The notes below the pieces were generated by a model. The model did not search any database. It was not told the origin of the DNA and saw nothing but the letters and a program-made list of their open reading frames with translations. Shown piece by piece: positions 12,791-26,402 of a DNA stretch of 64,000 bases; position 1 is the stretch's first letter, and each line of letters begins with the position of its first letter. This DNA is from Mobula hypostoma. Its lineage: Eukaryota. Position numbers and translations under genes: made by a program. The stretch lies in NCBI RefSeq assembly GCF_963921235.1, contig NC_086109.1, positions 5,270,001-5,334,000 of the forward strand. The letters run 5' to 3'.

Positions 12791-13959
12791 TGGCTTAGGA
12801 AAAGTGGCGAATGTTGAGGATCGAAATTCGAGCAGCAAGCAGCGGGGGTCAGGGAGTGGGGCAAGCGTGATACCAGCACCTGCTGCAAAACCGTGTGTGG
12901 GTTTGGCTTGTTTGTCGGCTGAAAGCTGCTTCCGCCATGACAGTTTTTGATCGGCCCATTTGAAATCTGCTGCAGCTCTTTCCCATTGGATGCCTTGTGT
13001 GTCACAGCTCTGGTGTTCAGTTTTAAACACCCCGGGTGTAAAGAATAGCATGTGCTGGAGGCTTAATCTCTTTCCATTCTCCCCAGGGCACGCCGCACGG
13101 ATCCAGTGGGAAGGGTTGCTTCGTGCGCACTTTTAGCTCTGTCTGTTTGTGGAATATTTAGTTTTGTAGTTTGTGGAACTTGGAGGAAGGTGGGAAAAGG
13201 AGGCCATTAACAGGGAAGGGGCATTCTTCAAGCCCTCTTCTGATAAGGGTTCCTTTTATCTTCTGCTGGATTCTTTGCATTCCATTCAGGATTCTCTATA
13301 TCCCGCACTAGAGGCACTACAGAAGGCTATGGCTGACCTCCGGTGGCAGTGGGTCTCAGGGTGGTTAGTGCCTTCATGCCTCATTCCTGTAAGGAGTGGG
13401 GAGGCGGGGGGCAGAGTCATTCAGCCTCCATTCCTATTCCCTGTAAGTAGAGTGTGAATGGTTTGAGTGCGGGAGAAATGTTGCTCTAGCGTGTGTATAT
13501 GTGTGAGGTTTTTGCCTTTAAGAGACTGTATGATTATGTCAGGCCCCACCGGGTTACTTTGTTCTTTTCTTTCGTTCTTTGGTAAGTGTGTATTTCCCCC
13601 AAGTGAAAATTAGCTGTTTGTATTTAAATTTTGCAGTTGCATGCGATGTTTCTTAAGGAAGAGAAGTACAAACAAGCCTGGATTTTTCTTTGTTTGTTTT
13701 GTCTGCATTTTCAGTCTGTCATTTATTTGCCTCCTTTGTTTTTTAGTCTGTTACTCAATTGTTTCCCATTCAATTGGTTTTAGGGATAAACCCACATTTC
13801 ACTCTGACCATGTGAAATTTGAGTTAACGTGGTAGAAATCTGGGCATCTTTATTTCAGATATGAAATGCCCACATTTCAGAGGGTCAGAGCATTTGGGGA
13901 GCAATTCCAGAAGTTGTTGTTTTTGGGTGTTTTTTGTGACTGAATACCCAGTGACTAAC

Positions 13960-14725
13960 TAGGAATGAGTGAGTTTGTATCTCCCTGCATTATCAAGTGG
14001 CAAAGTGGTCAATGCTGACTTGTGCTGGGATATCCTACAATACATTCCCAATGTTAGCATTAGAATTTGCACGTTGGACCAATGCGTCACATTGCTGGAT
14101 TTGTACTCCAGTGCCAAAGAGAGGCCACTAATTTCAATCCATTTTGATGACAAGGAAAATGACTGTTGGGGGAAATGATCTAGCCTGTCAGGTTTTAGCA
14201 TTCTGTGTTGGGGGGAGCCGGAAGGGAGTAGTCTATTGCAGCCAACTTAGACCCATTGTTTTGTAACAGGCTTGACTGTTAATAGCCCCTGGTGGAGTAT
14301 GTGGTTTAAGGGCTGGTATTTCCCGACATACCATTTGTTTAACTGAAAGGTCCTGACTCTGAAAGTGATTTCCCCACCTGACAGGGAACGTTGGTGTAGG
14401 TGATATGATAACCACAGGTACAAGTCAGTGGATAGGGTGAGTGTGAGCAGGAACAATATCCTGGGACGGCTGTGTCTATGCCAAATGGTGCTGTGAAGGT
14501 GGACACTCATTGGACACTGAATGGCACTTACTGGCTATGCAGCTCCTAGGCCTACCCTTGGCTTCCCACAAAGTGGTGCAGCCTCTGCTGACGGGGATAC
14601 GTGGTTCCATACGCATACCACCCCAGTGCCCCGGATGAGCACTTTACCCATGCTGGTTGGCATAGTAAGAGGGTTATTACAAAAGAAGGAAGGTTATGGA
14701 TGACAGCTTTCCCAGCTTGATGTGG
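13960..14725 (+). pseudogene. Duplicate of ERV env SU remnant (TM and LTR deleted)
   Basis: Near-identical to 27570-28335, then jumps to the sequence at 29101. Confidence 0.75.
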
Positions 14726-14820
14726 CCCGAGAATGGCGTTGAAATGGATGTTAAGTTAGCCATGATAGAATGGGGTGGCAGACTCAATGGGCCAATTTTG
14801 CTTCTATATCATATTTTCTT

Positions 14821-15120
14821 GGCGCGTGGCCAAGTGGTTAAGGCATTCGTCTAGTCATCTGAAGGTCGCTAGTTCGAGCCTTGGCTGAGGCAGCGTGTGT
14901 GTCCTTGAGCAAGGCACTTAACCGCACATTGCTCTGCGATGACACTGGTGCCAAGCTGTATGGGTCCTAATGCCCTTCTCTTGGACAACATCGGTGGCGT
15001 GGAGAGGGGAGACTTGCAGCATGGGCAACTGCCAATCTTCCATACAACCTTGCCCAGGCCTACATCCTTGAAACCTTCCAAGGTGCAAATCCATGGTCTC
15101 ACGAGATTAACGGATGCCTT
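14821..15120 (+). mobile_element. tRNA-derived SINE
   Basis: Box A tggccaagtgg, box B gttcgagcc; paralog at 29190-29470, related tail at ~42145-42310. Confidence 0.7.
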
Positions 15121-15641
15121 ATTTCTGCAGTTGCTTTTATAGAAGGTCCTGATTCTCGTTATTTGCGAAAACTTCAGTGTGTGGCTTAAAGAACAATTTA
15201 TAAAAGTCATTACATAGGTATTAATTTGTGTACCGAACGACAACTGATCACTGGGATTTGTAGAATCCAGACTTTAATGGCAGAAGTTGAAGAGGTTGGT
15301 GGACATTGACAATGATTTTGGAGACACAAGAGACAGGTGCTGGAATCTGGAGCAGCAAGAAAATGCTTGTTTGTAGTCAGTGTTTTTGTCTTATTTACTA
15401 AACCTGGGAACCTGCTTCTGTTTGGCACTGCAAGCAGTGTTTGCTGATTGAGCCAGAAAATGCTTATTTAAGAGAGAGGACCCCCCCCCCCCAACCCCCT
15501 GTATGAATCTGAAGCAACAACGAAATGCTGAGGAAACTCAGTAGGTTAGATAGCATCTGTGGAAGACAGAAGGATGGTCATCATTTTTGGCTGAAATCCT
15601 GCATCTGAGTTTGATTCTTCCGATTCAAGCTCAGCTCCATA

Positions 15642-15647
15642 TTTAAT
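15642..15647 (-). terminator. Poly(A) signal ATTAAA, copy B
   Basis: 55 nt after the stop codon; conserved in copy C. Confidence 0.55.
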
Positions 15648-15701
15648 TGTAAATATTGATTCTGATTTAAGATCCATAACAAGTCCTTCACGACTGCCTG
15701 T

Positions 15702-15820
15702 TTATGATTCAGAATTTGCATAGCATCCTTCAGCTGGGCAAATGCAGGTGAACTTGTTGATTCCGTCTATACAAATCGTTCTTGATGGGCATGCGGGCGT
15801 TAAGTCACACTCATTGATAT
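15702..15820 (-). CDS. Copy B terminal exon 5, calcium-binding EGF then stop
   Basis: gctgttccag|AT ATC AAT GAG TGT gives DINEC...[12 protein letters not shown]...C then TAA; ATTAAA at 15642-15647. Confidence 0.88.
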
Positions 15821-18800
15821 CTGGAACAGCAATAAAGTGAATTTATTATCAAAGTACATATATGTCATGATACAGCTGCCCTGAGCTTCATTTTCCTGTG
15901 GGCATTCACAGAGAATACAAAGAAACACAATAGAATCAATGAAAAACTGCCCTCGACAAAGACGGGCAACCAAACAATGTGCAAAAGACAACAAACTGTA
16001 CTAGTAGATAAAAAGGAAACAACAATAATAAAAATAAACAAGCAATAAACATCCATAAACCTGAGTTGTAGAGTCTTTAAAAGTGAGTCCACAGGTCAGT
16101 GTTGGAGTGCGTGATGAACCCTTTTGGTTCAAGAGTCTGATGGTTGAGTGGTAATAATCGTTCCTGAACTTTGTGACGTGGGACTTGAGGCTCCCGTACC
16201 TCCTTCCTGATAACAGCAGTGAGGAGAGAACAAGGACTGGATGGTGGAGGCCCTTGATGATGATGACAGCGTTCTGTGTACACGTGCTCAATGGTGGGGA
16301 GGGCTTTACCTACGATAGACTGGGCTGTATCCTCTACCTGTTGTTGGTTTCTCCATTCAAGACACATCGAACCTTTGCAAGCTTCTAAGAAAGGAGAGGC
16401 ACAGGGAAGTTCACAATCTGAATGCATTTGGTCGATTGGCGCATTCGAAGGATGCAGCGGCTCATTCCCATTGGTTGCCTTGTGTGCCACAGCACCACAG
16501 TCCATGTTCGGCCGCCTCAGGAGTATAAGATGAGCAAGTGTGAGAGACTGGCTGTCTCCCCTTTGTCTCCAGGGACTCATGTACATATTTGTCTGGTGGT
16601 GTATCGACTACTATTCTCTCTGTGACTGTATAGCTGAGGACTGGGTCTTTAAGTCACAGTGTCACCTAGCAGGCGTCTGGGATCATGGTGGGTCATCGAA
16701 CAATCTCAGTGGGCTGGGGGTTCTGGACTATATACATACATATTCTGTGTCGTATTTTTTTACTGATATTCTAGATGGGTTTGTATGTGTGAGGATTGGG
16801 GATCAAGCCGGGCAGGGTGGGGGGGGGGGTGTGGGGATGTTGGGACTCTGTTATTCCGTGAATGTGATCTTGTGTGTGACAGTTGGTACTGTGTTTTGCA
16901 CCTTGGCCCCGGAGTAACACTGTCTCGTTTGACTGTATTCATGAGTATTCATGTATGGTTAAATGGCAATTAAACTTGAATTAGTTTGAAAACGCAAACA
17001 CGAGGAATTCTGCAGATGCTGGAAATTCAAGCTGCCTGTGGCCATCAAACTTTACAACTCCTCCCTTGGAGGGTCAGACACCCTGAGCCAATAGGCTGGT
17101 CCTGGACTTATTTCCTGGCATAATTTATTTATTACTATTTAATTATTTATGTTTTTATTACTATTTAATTATTTATGGTGCAACTGTAACAAAAACCAAT
17201 TTCCCTCGGGATCAATAAAATATGACTATGATTATGACTATGACTAACACACATCAAAGTTGCTGGTGAACGCAGCAGGCCAGGCGGCATCTCTAGGAAG
17301 AGGTACAGTCGACGTTTCAGGCCGAGACCCTTCGTCGGGACTAACTGAAAGAAGAGATAGTAAGAGATTTGAAAGTGGGAGAGGGAGGGGGAGATCCAAA
17401 ATGATAGGAGAAGACTGGAGGGGGAGGGATGGAGCCAAGAGCTGGACAGTTGATTGGCAAAAGGAATATGAGAGGATCATGGGACAGGAGGCCCGGGGAG
17501 AAGGAAAAGGGGGAGGGGGGAGGAAAAACCCAGAGGATGGGCAAGGTGTATAGTCAGAGGGACAGAGGGAGAAAAAGGAGAGTGAGAGAAAAAATGTGTG
17601 TATATAAATAAATAATGGATGGGGTACGAGGGGGAGGTGGGGCATTAACGGAAGTTAGAGAAGTCAATGTTCATGCCATCAGGTTGGAGGCTACCCAGAC
17701 GGAATATAAGGTGTTGTTCCTCCAACCTGAGTGTAGCTTCATCTTTACAGTAGAGGAGGCCGTGGATAGACTTATCAGAATGGGAATGGGATGTGGAACT
17801 GGTGCCAAAACCTTACACAGTAGACCCTCAGAAGTTCCACTCCAGTGTGTCCAAGAAACTACTGGGCAGCAAGCAGTACCAGAGTAGAGTGATTGCATTT
17901 CACAGCAGAGATACAGGCTCTTTGGCCCAACTCTGCCATGCTAACCATGGTGCCCATTGTTTGCCCCATAAACTTCTAAAACATTCCTGTCCAACTGTCT
18001 TCTAAACGTATGGTAAACCCATGCAAGACAGGGTGTTTGAGCCCCCATGTTACTCTCAGATACCATAACCCATCATAGTTCTGATCAAGATATTACTGCT
18101 TCCTAATGTCTACAGTCAGAATTCAACGCTTGAGAATGAAAGTTCTCTTGCCTGTTTCACAGAAGGTTCCATTATATCCTCCGAGACATTTACATTGTAC
18201 TCCCGTGAAGGTATTCTGACAGGTCCCATTATTTTGGCAGGTAGTTGAAATACACATCAGCCTGGCTGGAAATTGGAAGTGAAATTAAGGGGTTTTATTT
18301 CTGCATGACAGCAAGGGGAGCAAATTACATTGAGTATCATAGGAATTCGAGTGGATTGAAATCTTTATCCTGGTGTTTGCAATTCTAATTAAAAATCCAT
18401 TACTGCAGTATACAATCTTCACAAGTCCATCAAAACAACAAAGAAAATACATGTAAATAAATGTTCTGAATGAAATAGGTCCCTGATTCTTTAGCCAGAG
18501 GGTGGAGAGTCTGTGGAGTTCATTGCCACAGACAGCTGTGGTGGCCAAGTCATTTGATTGTATTTAAAGTGGAGGTTACCGGGTTCTTGATCAGTCAGGG
18601 CATCAAAGTTTGCAAGGAGAAGGCAGGTGAATGTGGTTGAGAGGGATAGTAAATCAGCCATGGCTAGATTGGCATAATTCTGCTCCTATGCCTTATGGTT
18701 TTATACCTTAATATTCATCCACACATTCCATTTTGAATCTTATTAGTTAAGAGGATTAAAACACATGCCATCGTCAACTGTAGGACCATAGATCAGTGAA

Positions 18801-21800
18801 GAACAGAGCACAGGAACCAACCCTATTACAGCTCGGAGCAACAGAGTTCAGAGTTCAATTCTAACGCTCGCTGTAAGCAGATTGTATGTCATTCCCATGA
18901 GTGTATGGATTTCCACCGGGCTCTCCAGTTTCCTCCCACAGGAGAATTTAGTAGATTAGCAGGTTCATTGTAAATTGACCTGGGATTAGGCCTGGGTTAA
19001 ATCGGAGCATTGCTGGGCAGTGCAGCTTGTGGAACACGAAAGGGCTGGTGTGCACTGTATTTCTTGGAACGCAGAAGATTGGGTTGGTCTACAACTAGAG
19101 GTCATGGGTTAAGGGTGAAAGGTGAAAAGTTGAAGAGGAGCATGAGGGGAAACTTTTTCACTCAGAGGGTTAATGAGAGTGTGGAATGAACAGCCAAAGT
19201 GGTGCATGCAAGCTCTATTTCAATGTTGAAGAGAAGTTTGGATGATAGGGACATGGAGGGCTATAGTCCCAGTACAGGTCAATGGGACTAGGAGCTTTAA
19301 TGGTTCAGCATAGACTAGATGAGCTTTCTGTGCTGTTATTTTCTATGACTCATAAATAAATAAATAAACAAACAGTGGTAACTTTCCACTTCCCTTTTGG
19401 TCCCAATGCGGGGTGTCGATCCAGAATATCGACTCACACCTTCTGCCAACACAGATACTGCTCGGCCCACTGAATCTTCCCAGCGTTCTGTACAACATGA
19501 TGTTTATTTCCCTTGACCATCTTTAATCCTTTTTTCCATTAAAATCAGTACATGAAGGGAAAGTTGTCTCATTGGTGGCTACAACTTGCATTCCTTAATG
19601 TGAAAATCCCAGCGGCTTTGTGAGAATGATAAAATGGAGAACCACATACCTATGTAGAGTTTCCAGAAGAATTCCTTAAAGAGTGAAAAGAGAAATACAT
19701 TAATAACAGTTGGCCTCAGTTCAATATCTGGTGAGGACATTATTGGTGGCTTAGTCTCAGATGTTAGTGAATGGGAACAGAAGCAGACGGTGCTAGAAAT
19801 GCTCAGCCAAATCTTTGGAAGAAGGAAAATGGTCACCATTACTCTGTGGTCACCAGACCAGCTTCATAAGACAAATGTAACCCCCTCACCTTAGCTAAGC
19901 AGTGAGAAGGTCACCTTTTATAAACAATATATGTATAGTGCCGGTATGATTTGGGGTTCAACCAAACAGGAATGTTGGGAATTACCATTAAAGAAACCTC
20001 GATTTGAGCGAATGCTGTGTAATTACTGACCACGTTCAATTATTGGTCACCAAGGAATAACAGATCATACACCATCATAAAATTATAATGAAAGAATATT
20101 TACCAATTTCAGCTTTATTAACAGTTAATAAAAAAAAGAAAAGGAAAAACAAGAGCCAATTACAGTTCAACCAGTCTAAGAGTGCACATAAACGATTGAG
20201 CTCGTTTCTGTAGTGATTGGGTATACCGCTTTATTCACAGTGCAGAATTCTCATCACCAATCACAGGTAGAACTTCCCTTCTTGAACTTCTTGGCCGCAT
20301 GAAGCACTCCTTGCATTAGGATTTTCCCTTCAGGTACAAAGCACCAGGTGTCTTCCTTGATCCTCTCCCCTCCGCATCTCCCACTTAAAGACCATGAACC
20401 CAACCACTGTCTGTCAGAAGCCTCTATCCTTCCAGATCTCTCTAGAACTTTCTCTCCATACCACCATCTTGATTGGCTGACACAACATTGCTAAGTTGAA
20501 CAACATGGCTTCTTATCTTCAGCCAAAACTAAAACTCTCTCACCAAAGACACACACTGCTTTTACAGAAAACTGCTAAAATCAAATCCCTCACAGTGTGG
20601 CAGTAGAAATCCTAACCAGGGCATTACAGGTGCTTTGCACTGTGTGTGATTGGCAGTACAGTGTTTTACACCTTGGCCCTGGAGTAACACTGTCTCATTT
20701 GGCTGTATTCATAGGTGTTCTTTTTATGGTTGAATTGAATTCAATTGAAGACATAGGAACAGAATTAGGCCATTTAGCCCAAGCCTCCTTTCAGCCTTTA
20801 CAGCTCCAGGGAAAACAACCAAATGTGTCCAACCTCTCCTTATTACACTTGCCCTCTAATCTAAGCTGCATCCTGGTGAACATCTGTTGTGCCCCCTCTA
20901 AACCTTTAACATTCTTCGTGTTCTGGGAAGGAGCACCTTACACCTCCTTTGGTAGAGTTATGTCACCAGCTTACTACCCAAGGAGGGAGGAAAACAAGGG
21001 CTAAATTGGAATTGGACCTGGAAAATTTGTCCTTACCGTTTTGGAGTCATCTTCCAAGACCTCTTGGATTTCTTCCTTTGAGCATGTTTCTTCCACGCAC
21101 TCTCGCTCCAGAGATTCTCTTTGGACTTGAGACAGGAGCTGCAGAGCTGAAGGTTTCTGTAAAAAGACTCAATAACACATCCACAGTATTAAACATCCGG
21201 GTGCTGATGGAACTGTGTCATGACATCAGACTATTACCTCTGAAATGCTTTAGTGTGTAGTTGCACTGAGATTGGAATTATATAAAAGCTGAAATTTTCT
21301 TCTCATTAACTTTAAAAGCCTACACCACGTCCCCACCATCCGAGGTGGAGATGGCTAAGGCCATTCAACAGGGCTGTGGTGAAGCTGTATAGATCAAACC
21401 CTGTTCAGCTGATACAATCGAATAGAGAAACATTGATAAACCCCAACCGTACCATCAACTTTGGACGATAGAGACAGGAGCTCATCAACCCCCCTTTGTC
21501 CCACTGGGAGCTAAGAGCTCAAGAAGAAGAAGACGTTAAAAGCCGACACTGTCGTTGCCTGTGATGAAACTATGCTGCCGAAAGTCACACAACATTCAGG
21601 GTGGTCTCTCCAGATATGAAAAGATGCAAAATATAATCCTCACTAGTATCCCAGGCTTCATGTACTCAGCTAAAAAGCAGCAAAAATTTCTCATGATAAC
21701 TTTTATGATGCATTATATGGGAAAACAATCTTCCAGTTATACAAGATCCTTCATAATGAGAAACTAAACAGTTTTTCCACATCTCCCTGGAATCCACTAG

Positions 21801-24742
21801 CTGGGAACAAAATCACTGAGTATCCCTACACAAAATCTGTTTTCTCAATTCCTTGCTTATCTTTATACAACTAATTTCAAAGTCTACTTGTATTAATCTG
21901 TTCATCTTAAGGGATACGTTGGTTGTTGTGTTTCTCAGTCTCACCCTGGCATTGGGAGATGGTGAAAGGAAAAGACACAGTGTCTAACAGTGCAGCAAGC
22001 TGAATCACCTGCACTGTTCCCTCTAAGCTGCGCAGATGCGCAGTTGTACAGTAACTGAAATGCGACCGTGCACATAGCCTACGTTAACAAGCAGCAGGAA
22101 TGAAGACTGATGAGAAAAAGTTTACAAAACATAAAAGATTTTCTTTGATGTACTTAATTTCATTATACCCTCTGATTAATAAATCAAATCAAAAGTATGT
22201 GATGTTTCAATTTTCATTCAGAATCAGAATCAGGTTTATTATCATTGGCATGTGACATGAAATTTCTTAACTTAGCAGCAGCAGTTCAATGCACAACAGA
22301 ATCTAGCAAAGAGAAAAAAATAATAATAAATAAAGTTTAAAATAATTATAATGATATATAAGTAAATCAATTACGGTATACATTTATTGAATAGATTTTT
22401 TAAAATGTGCAAAAACAGAAATACTGTATATTAAAAAAAAGTGAGGTAGTGTCCAAAGATTCATTGTCTTTTAGGAATCAGATGGCAGAGGGGAAAAAGC
22501 TGTTCCTGAATCGTTGACTGTGTGCCTTCCAGCATCTGTACCTTCCACATAATGGTAACAGTGAGAAAAGGGAATGCACTAGGTGCTGGAGATCCTTGAT
22601 AATGGACGCTGCCTTTCTGAGGCACCGCTCCCTAAAGGAGTCCTGGGTACTTTGTAGAATAGTACCTAAGATGGAGCTGACTAGATTTACAAACTTCTGC
22701 AACTTCTTTCAGTCCTGTGCAGTAGCCCCTCCATACCAGACAGTGATGCAGCCTGTCAGAATGCTGTCTACTCTACAAATATAGAAGTTTTTGAGTGTAT
22801 TTGTTGACATGCCAAATTTGTTCAAGCTCCTAATGAAGTATAGCCGCTGTCTTGCCTTCTTTATAACTACATCGATATGTTGGGACCAGGTTAGATCCTC
22901 AGAGATCTTGACACCCAGGAACTTGAAACTGCTCACTCTGTCCACTTCTGATTCCTCTATGAGGATTGGTACGTGTTCCTTCATCTTACCCTTCCTGAAG
23001 TCCACAATCAGTTCTTTCGTCTTACTGACGTTGAGTGAAAGGTTGATGCTGTGGCACCACTCCACTAGTTGGAGTATCTCTCTCCTGTACGCCCTTTCAT
23101 CACCATCTGAGATTCTACCAACAATGGTTGTATCATCAGCAAATTTATAGATGGTATTTGAGCTATGTCTAGCCACACAGTCATGTGTATATAGAGAGTA
23201 GAGCAGTGGGCTAAGCACACACCACTGAAGTACACCTGTGTTGATCGTCAGTGAGGAGGATGTGTTATCACCAATCTGTACAGATTGTGGTCTTCCGGTT
23301 AGAAAGTCGAGGATCCAATTGCAGAGGGAGGTACAGAGGCCCAGGTTCTGCATCTTCTCAATCAGCGTTGTGGGAAGGATGGTATTAAATGCTGAGCTAT
23401 AGTCGATGAACAGCATCCTGAGGTAGTTGTTTGTGTTGTCCATCTGGTCTAAAGCCATGTGGAGAGCCGTTGAGATTGCATCTGCCATTGACCTAATGTG
23501 GCGATAGTCAAATTGCAATGGGTCCAGGTCCTTGCTAAGGTAGGAGTTCAGTCTAGTCATGACCAACCTCTCAAAGCATTTCATCACTGTCAATGTGAGT
23601 GCTACCAGGAGTTAGTCATTAAGGCAGCTCACATTATTATTCTTAGGCACTGGTATAATTGTTTTGCCTTTTGGAAGCAAGTGGGAACTTCCAACCGTAG
23701 CAGTGAGAGGTTGAGAATATCCTTGAATGCCCCGGCTAGTTGGTTCACACAGGTTTTCAGAGCCTTACCAGGTACTCCATCGGGACCTTCCACCGTGTGG
23801 GGGTTCACTCTCTTTAAAGACAGTCTCACATTGGCCTCTGAGACAGAGATCACAGGGTCATCAGGTGCAGCAGGGATCTTCACAACTGTAGTTGTATTTT
23901 TCAAAGCGTGCATAGAAGGTGTTGAGTTCATCTGGTAGTGAAGCATCGCTGCCATTCATACTATTGGGTTTCGCTTAGTAGGAAGTAATGTCTTGCAGAC
24001 CCAGCCAGAGTTGCCATGCATCCAATGTTGCTTTCAACCTCGTTTGAAATTGTCTCTTCGCCCTTGAAATAGCCTCCACAAATCATACCTGGTTTTCTGG
24101 TGCAAGCCTGGGTTACCAGACTTGAATGCCACAGATCTAGCCTTCAGCGGACGACATACCTCCTGGTTCATCCACTGCTTTTCTTTTGGGAATGTACAGT
24201 AAGTCTTTGTAGGCACACAGTCATCCACGCAGGTTTTAATGAAGTCGATAACAACTGCAGCATACTCATCCAGGTTCAAAGATGAATCCCTGAATACAGT
24301 CCAGTCCACCAATTCAAAGCAGTCCTGTAGGCGCTCCTGTGCTTCCCTTGTCCATACCTTCTTGATCCTCACTACTGCTGGTCTAAATACTCATAGAATG
24401 CATATTACAAATAAAAACATTTAAAGTGCTGTGTAGTTTTCAGGCCACATAAAAATTTTCTGCCCAGAGCAATGGTTGGTCCGTGCAGCTTTAAAAAAAT
24501 TAGAGGAAACTTTGATCACCTGCCAGGGATGAAGAGAGTGCAGAAATCTCAAGCTATGGTCTGACAATTCCTGTCAACAACCTTCACCCAAAGTCACCGC
24601 TGTGGGAGGAACACCGTCAGCTGGGGGAGATGTACAGACGGGAGGAACAGGTTGCACTGAGAGTTCGTTGATACTTACCATCATTTGTGTGACAGCCAGT
24701 GAGAAACAACAAGATGATCCCGTAACTTAGGGTGAGCTTCAT
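15702..24742 (-). CDS. Copy B: 5-exon Gla-EGF-cbEGF paralog (150 aa) with in-frame omega-loop deletion. Exons 24742-24679, 21167-21037, 19674-19650, 18265-18152, 15820-15702
   Basis: [150 protein letters not shown]. Frame is open throughout, but the intron 4 donor is GC (AG|gcaaga). May be a nascent pseudogene. Confidence 0.78.
18152..18265 (-). CDS. Copy B exon 4, EGF1 (GC donor)
   Basis: 114 nt, paralogous to 4458-4571; donor AG|gcaaga. Confidence 0.85.
19650..19674 (-). CDS. Copy B exon 3 (EFFWKLYI)
   Basis: 25 nt, splice sites intact. Confidence 0.88.
21037..21167 (-). CDS. Copy B exon 2, propeptide + truncated Gla
   Basis: 131 nt (net -30, in frame); QVQR replaces RxRR; about residues 1-10 of Gla missing. 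Confidence 0.88.
22012..24514. mobile_element. Same hAT MITE in copy B intron 1, interrupted by a Rex-Babar LINE
   Basis: Same TIRs and ATCACCTG TSD on both sides. Confidence 0.85.
22230..24380 (-). mobile_element. Rex1/Babar-clade LINE, 5'-truncated and degenerate RT
   Basis: ORF 22709..23593 has MKCFERLV...LDPLQF...DYSSAFNTI...KFADD; (tgattc)n tail. Confidence 0.85.
24679..24742 (-). CDS. Copy B exon 1, signal peptide
   Basis: 64 nt, [22 protein letters not shown]|gtaagt. Confidence 0.88.
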
Positions 24743-24877
24743 CTTGCTTTGTCACCGTCCGATCCGATGTATTGGAGAGACACAATGAGAGATTTTGAAA
24801 ATGGATCTACCTCACTCAAATCACAATTACACTCTTTCCATAGTCAGTATTTTTTTCTTTGTTTTCCAAGTATTTCT

Positions 24878-24890
24878 GTTAATAATTAAC
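24878..24890. promoter_or_regulatory. HNF1 consensus palindrome, copy B
   Basis: GTTAATAATTAAC is a perfect match to GTTAATNATTAAC. Confidence 0.6.
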
Positions 24891-24985
24891 GAACGATTTT
24901 GAAAGACTTTCACAGGAGTACATTGATTTTTGGAAATAAATTCTGGTAATGTTGACAGCAGAAAAGTGGAGCACCTTTCTTCTCA

Positions 24986-26402
24986 ACACACACAAAAGAT
25001 GCTGGTGAATGCTGCAGGCCGGGCAGCATCTATAGGAAGAGGTACAGTCGACGTTTCAGCTGGGACCCTTCGTCAGGACTAACTGAAAGAAGAGATATTA
25101 AGAGATTTGAAAGTGGGAGGGGGAGGAGGAGATCTGAAATGATAGGAGAAGACAGGAGGGGGAGGGATGGAGCTAAGAGCTGGGAGGTTGAGGACGAGGG
25201 GAACCCTATTCCTAGTGGGGTGGCGGGAGGATGGGGTGAGAGCAGAAGTGCATGAAATAGGAGAAATGCGTTTGAGAGCAGAGTTGATGGTGAAGGAAGG
25301 GTAGCCTCTTTCTTTAAAAAAGGAAGACATCTCCTTCGTCCTGGATTGAAAAGCCTCATCCTGAGAGCAGATGTGGCGGAGACAGAGGAATTGCGAGAAG
25401 GGGCTGACATTTTTGCAAGAGACAGGGTGGGAAGAGGAATAGTCCAGGTAGCTGTGAGAGTCCGTAGGCTTATGGTAGACATCAGTAGATAAGCTGTCTC
25501 CAGAGATAGAGACAGAAAGATCAAGAAAGGGGAGGGAATACCAGCCTCTGGGTCCAACATATGATTTGTCCTAACCTACCACCCCACCAGCCTCCCGGTC
25601 CAACATATAATTCTCCGTAACTTCCGCCACCTCAAATGGGATCCCACCACCAAGCACAACTTTCCCTCCCCACCTCTTACTGCTTTCTGCAGGGATCGTT
25701 CCCTAAGCAACTGCCTTGTCCATTCGTCCCCCCATCCCTTCCCACCGATCTCCCTCCTGCCATTTATCCTTGTAAGCAGAACAAGGGCTACACATGCCCT
25801 TACACTTCCTCCCTCACCACCATTTAGGGCCCCAGACAGTCCTTCCAGGTGAGGCGACACTTCACCTGTGTGTCAGCTGGGGTGATATACTGCGTCCGGT
25901 GCTCCTGATGCGGCCTTCTATATATTGGCGAGACCCGACGCAGGCTGGGAGACCGTTTCGCTAAACACCTATGCTTTGTCTGCCAGAGAAAGCAAGATCT
26001 CCCAGTGGCCACACATTTTAATTCCACATCCCATTCCCATTCTGATGTGTCTATCCACAGCCTCCTCTACTGTAAAGATGAAGCCACACTCAGGTTGGAG
26101 GAACAACACCTTCTATTCCGTCTGGGTAGCCTCCAACCTGATGGCATGAATATTGACTTGTCTAACTTCCATTAATGCCCCTCCTCCCCTTCACACCCCT
26201 TCCTTTATTTATTTATTTAATATGTTTCTTATATATTTTATTTTCCCCCCTTTTTTTCTCTCTTTTTTCTCCCTCTGTCCCTCTCACTATAACTCCTTGC
26301 CTGCTCTCCACCCTCCGGGCTCCCCCCACCTTCTCTTTCTCCCCAGACTTCTCATCCCATGATCCTCTCCCATTTCCAGCATCTGCAGATTTCCTCGTGT
26401 CT
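24986..26402. mobile_element. Penelope-like element with internal inversion upstream of copy B
   Basis: GIY-YIG-like VIYCVRC..CGLLYIGET; 15-bp TSD GCACCTTTCTTCTCA at 24971-24985 and 26403-26417. Confidence 0.8.

Noticed and set aside
14821-14895. tRNA gene
   Set aside because: tRNA-like head of a SINE, followed by a SINE body that recurs elsewhere.
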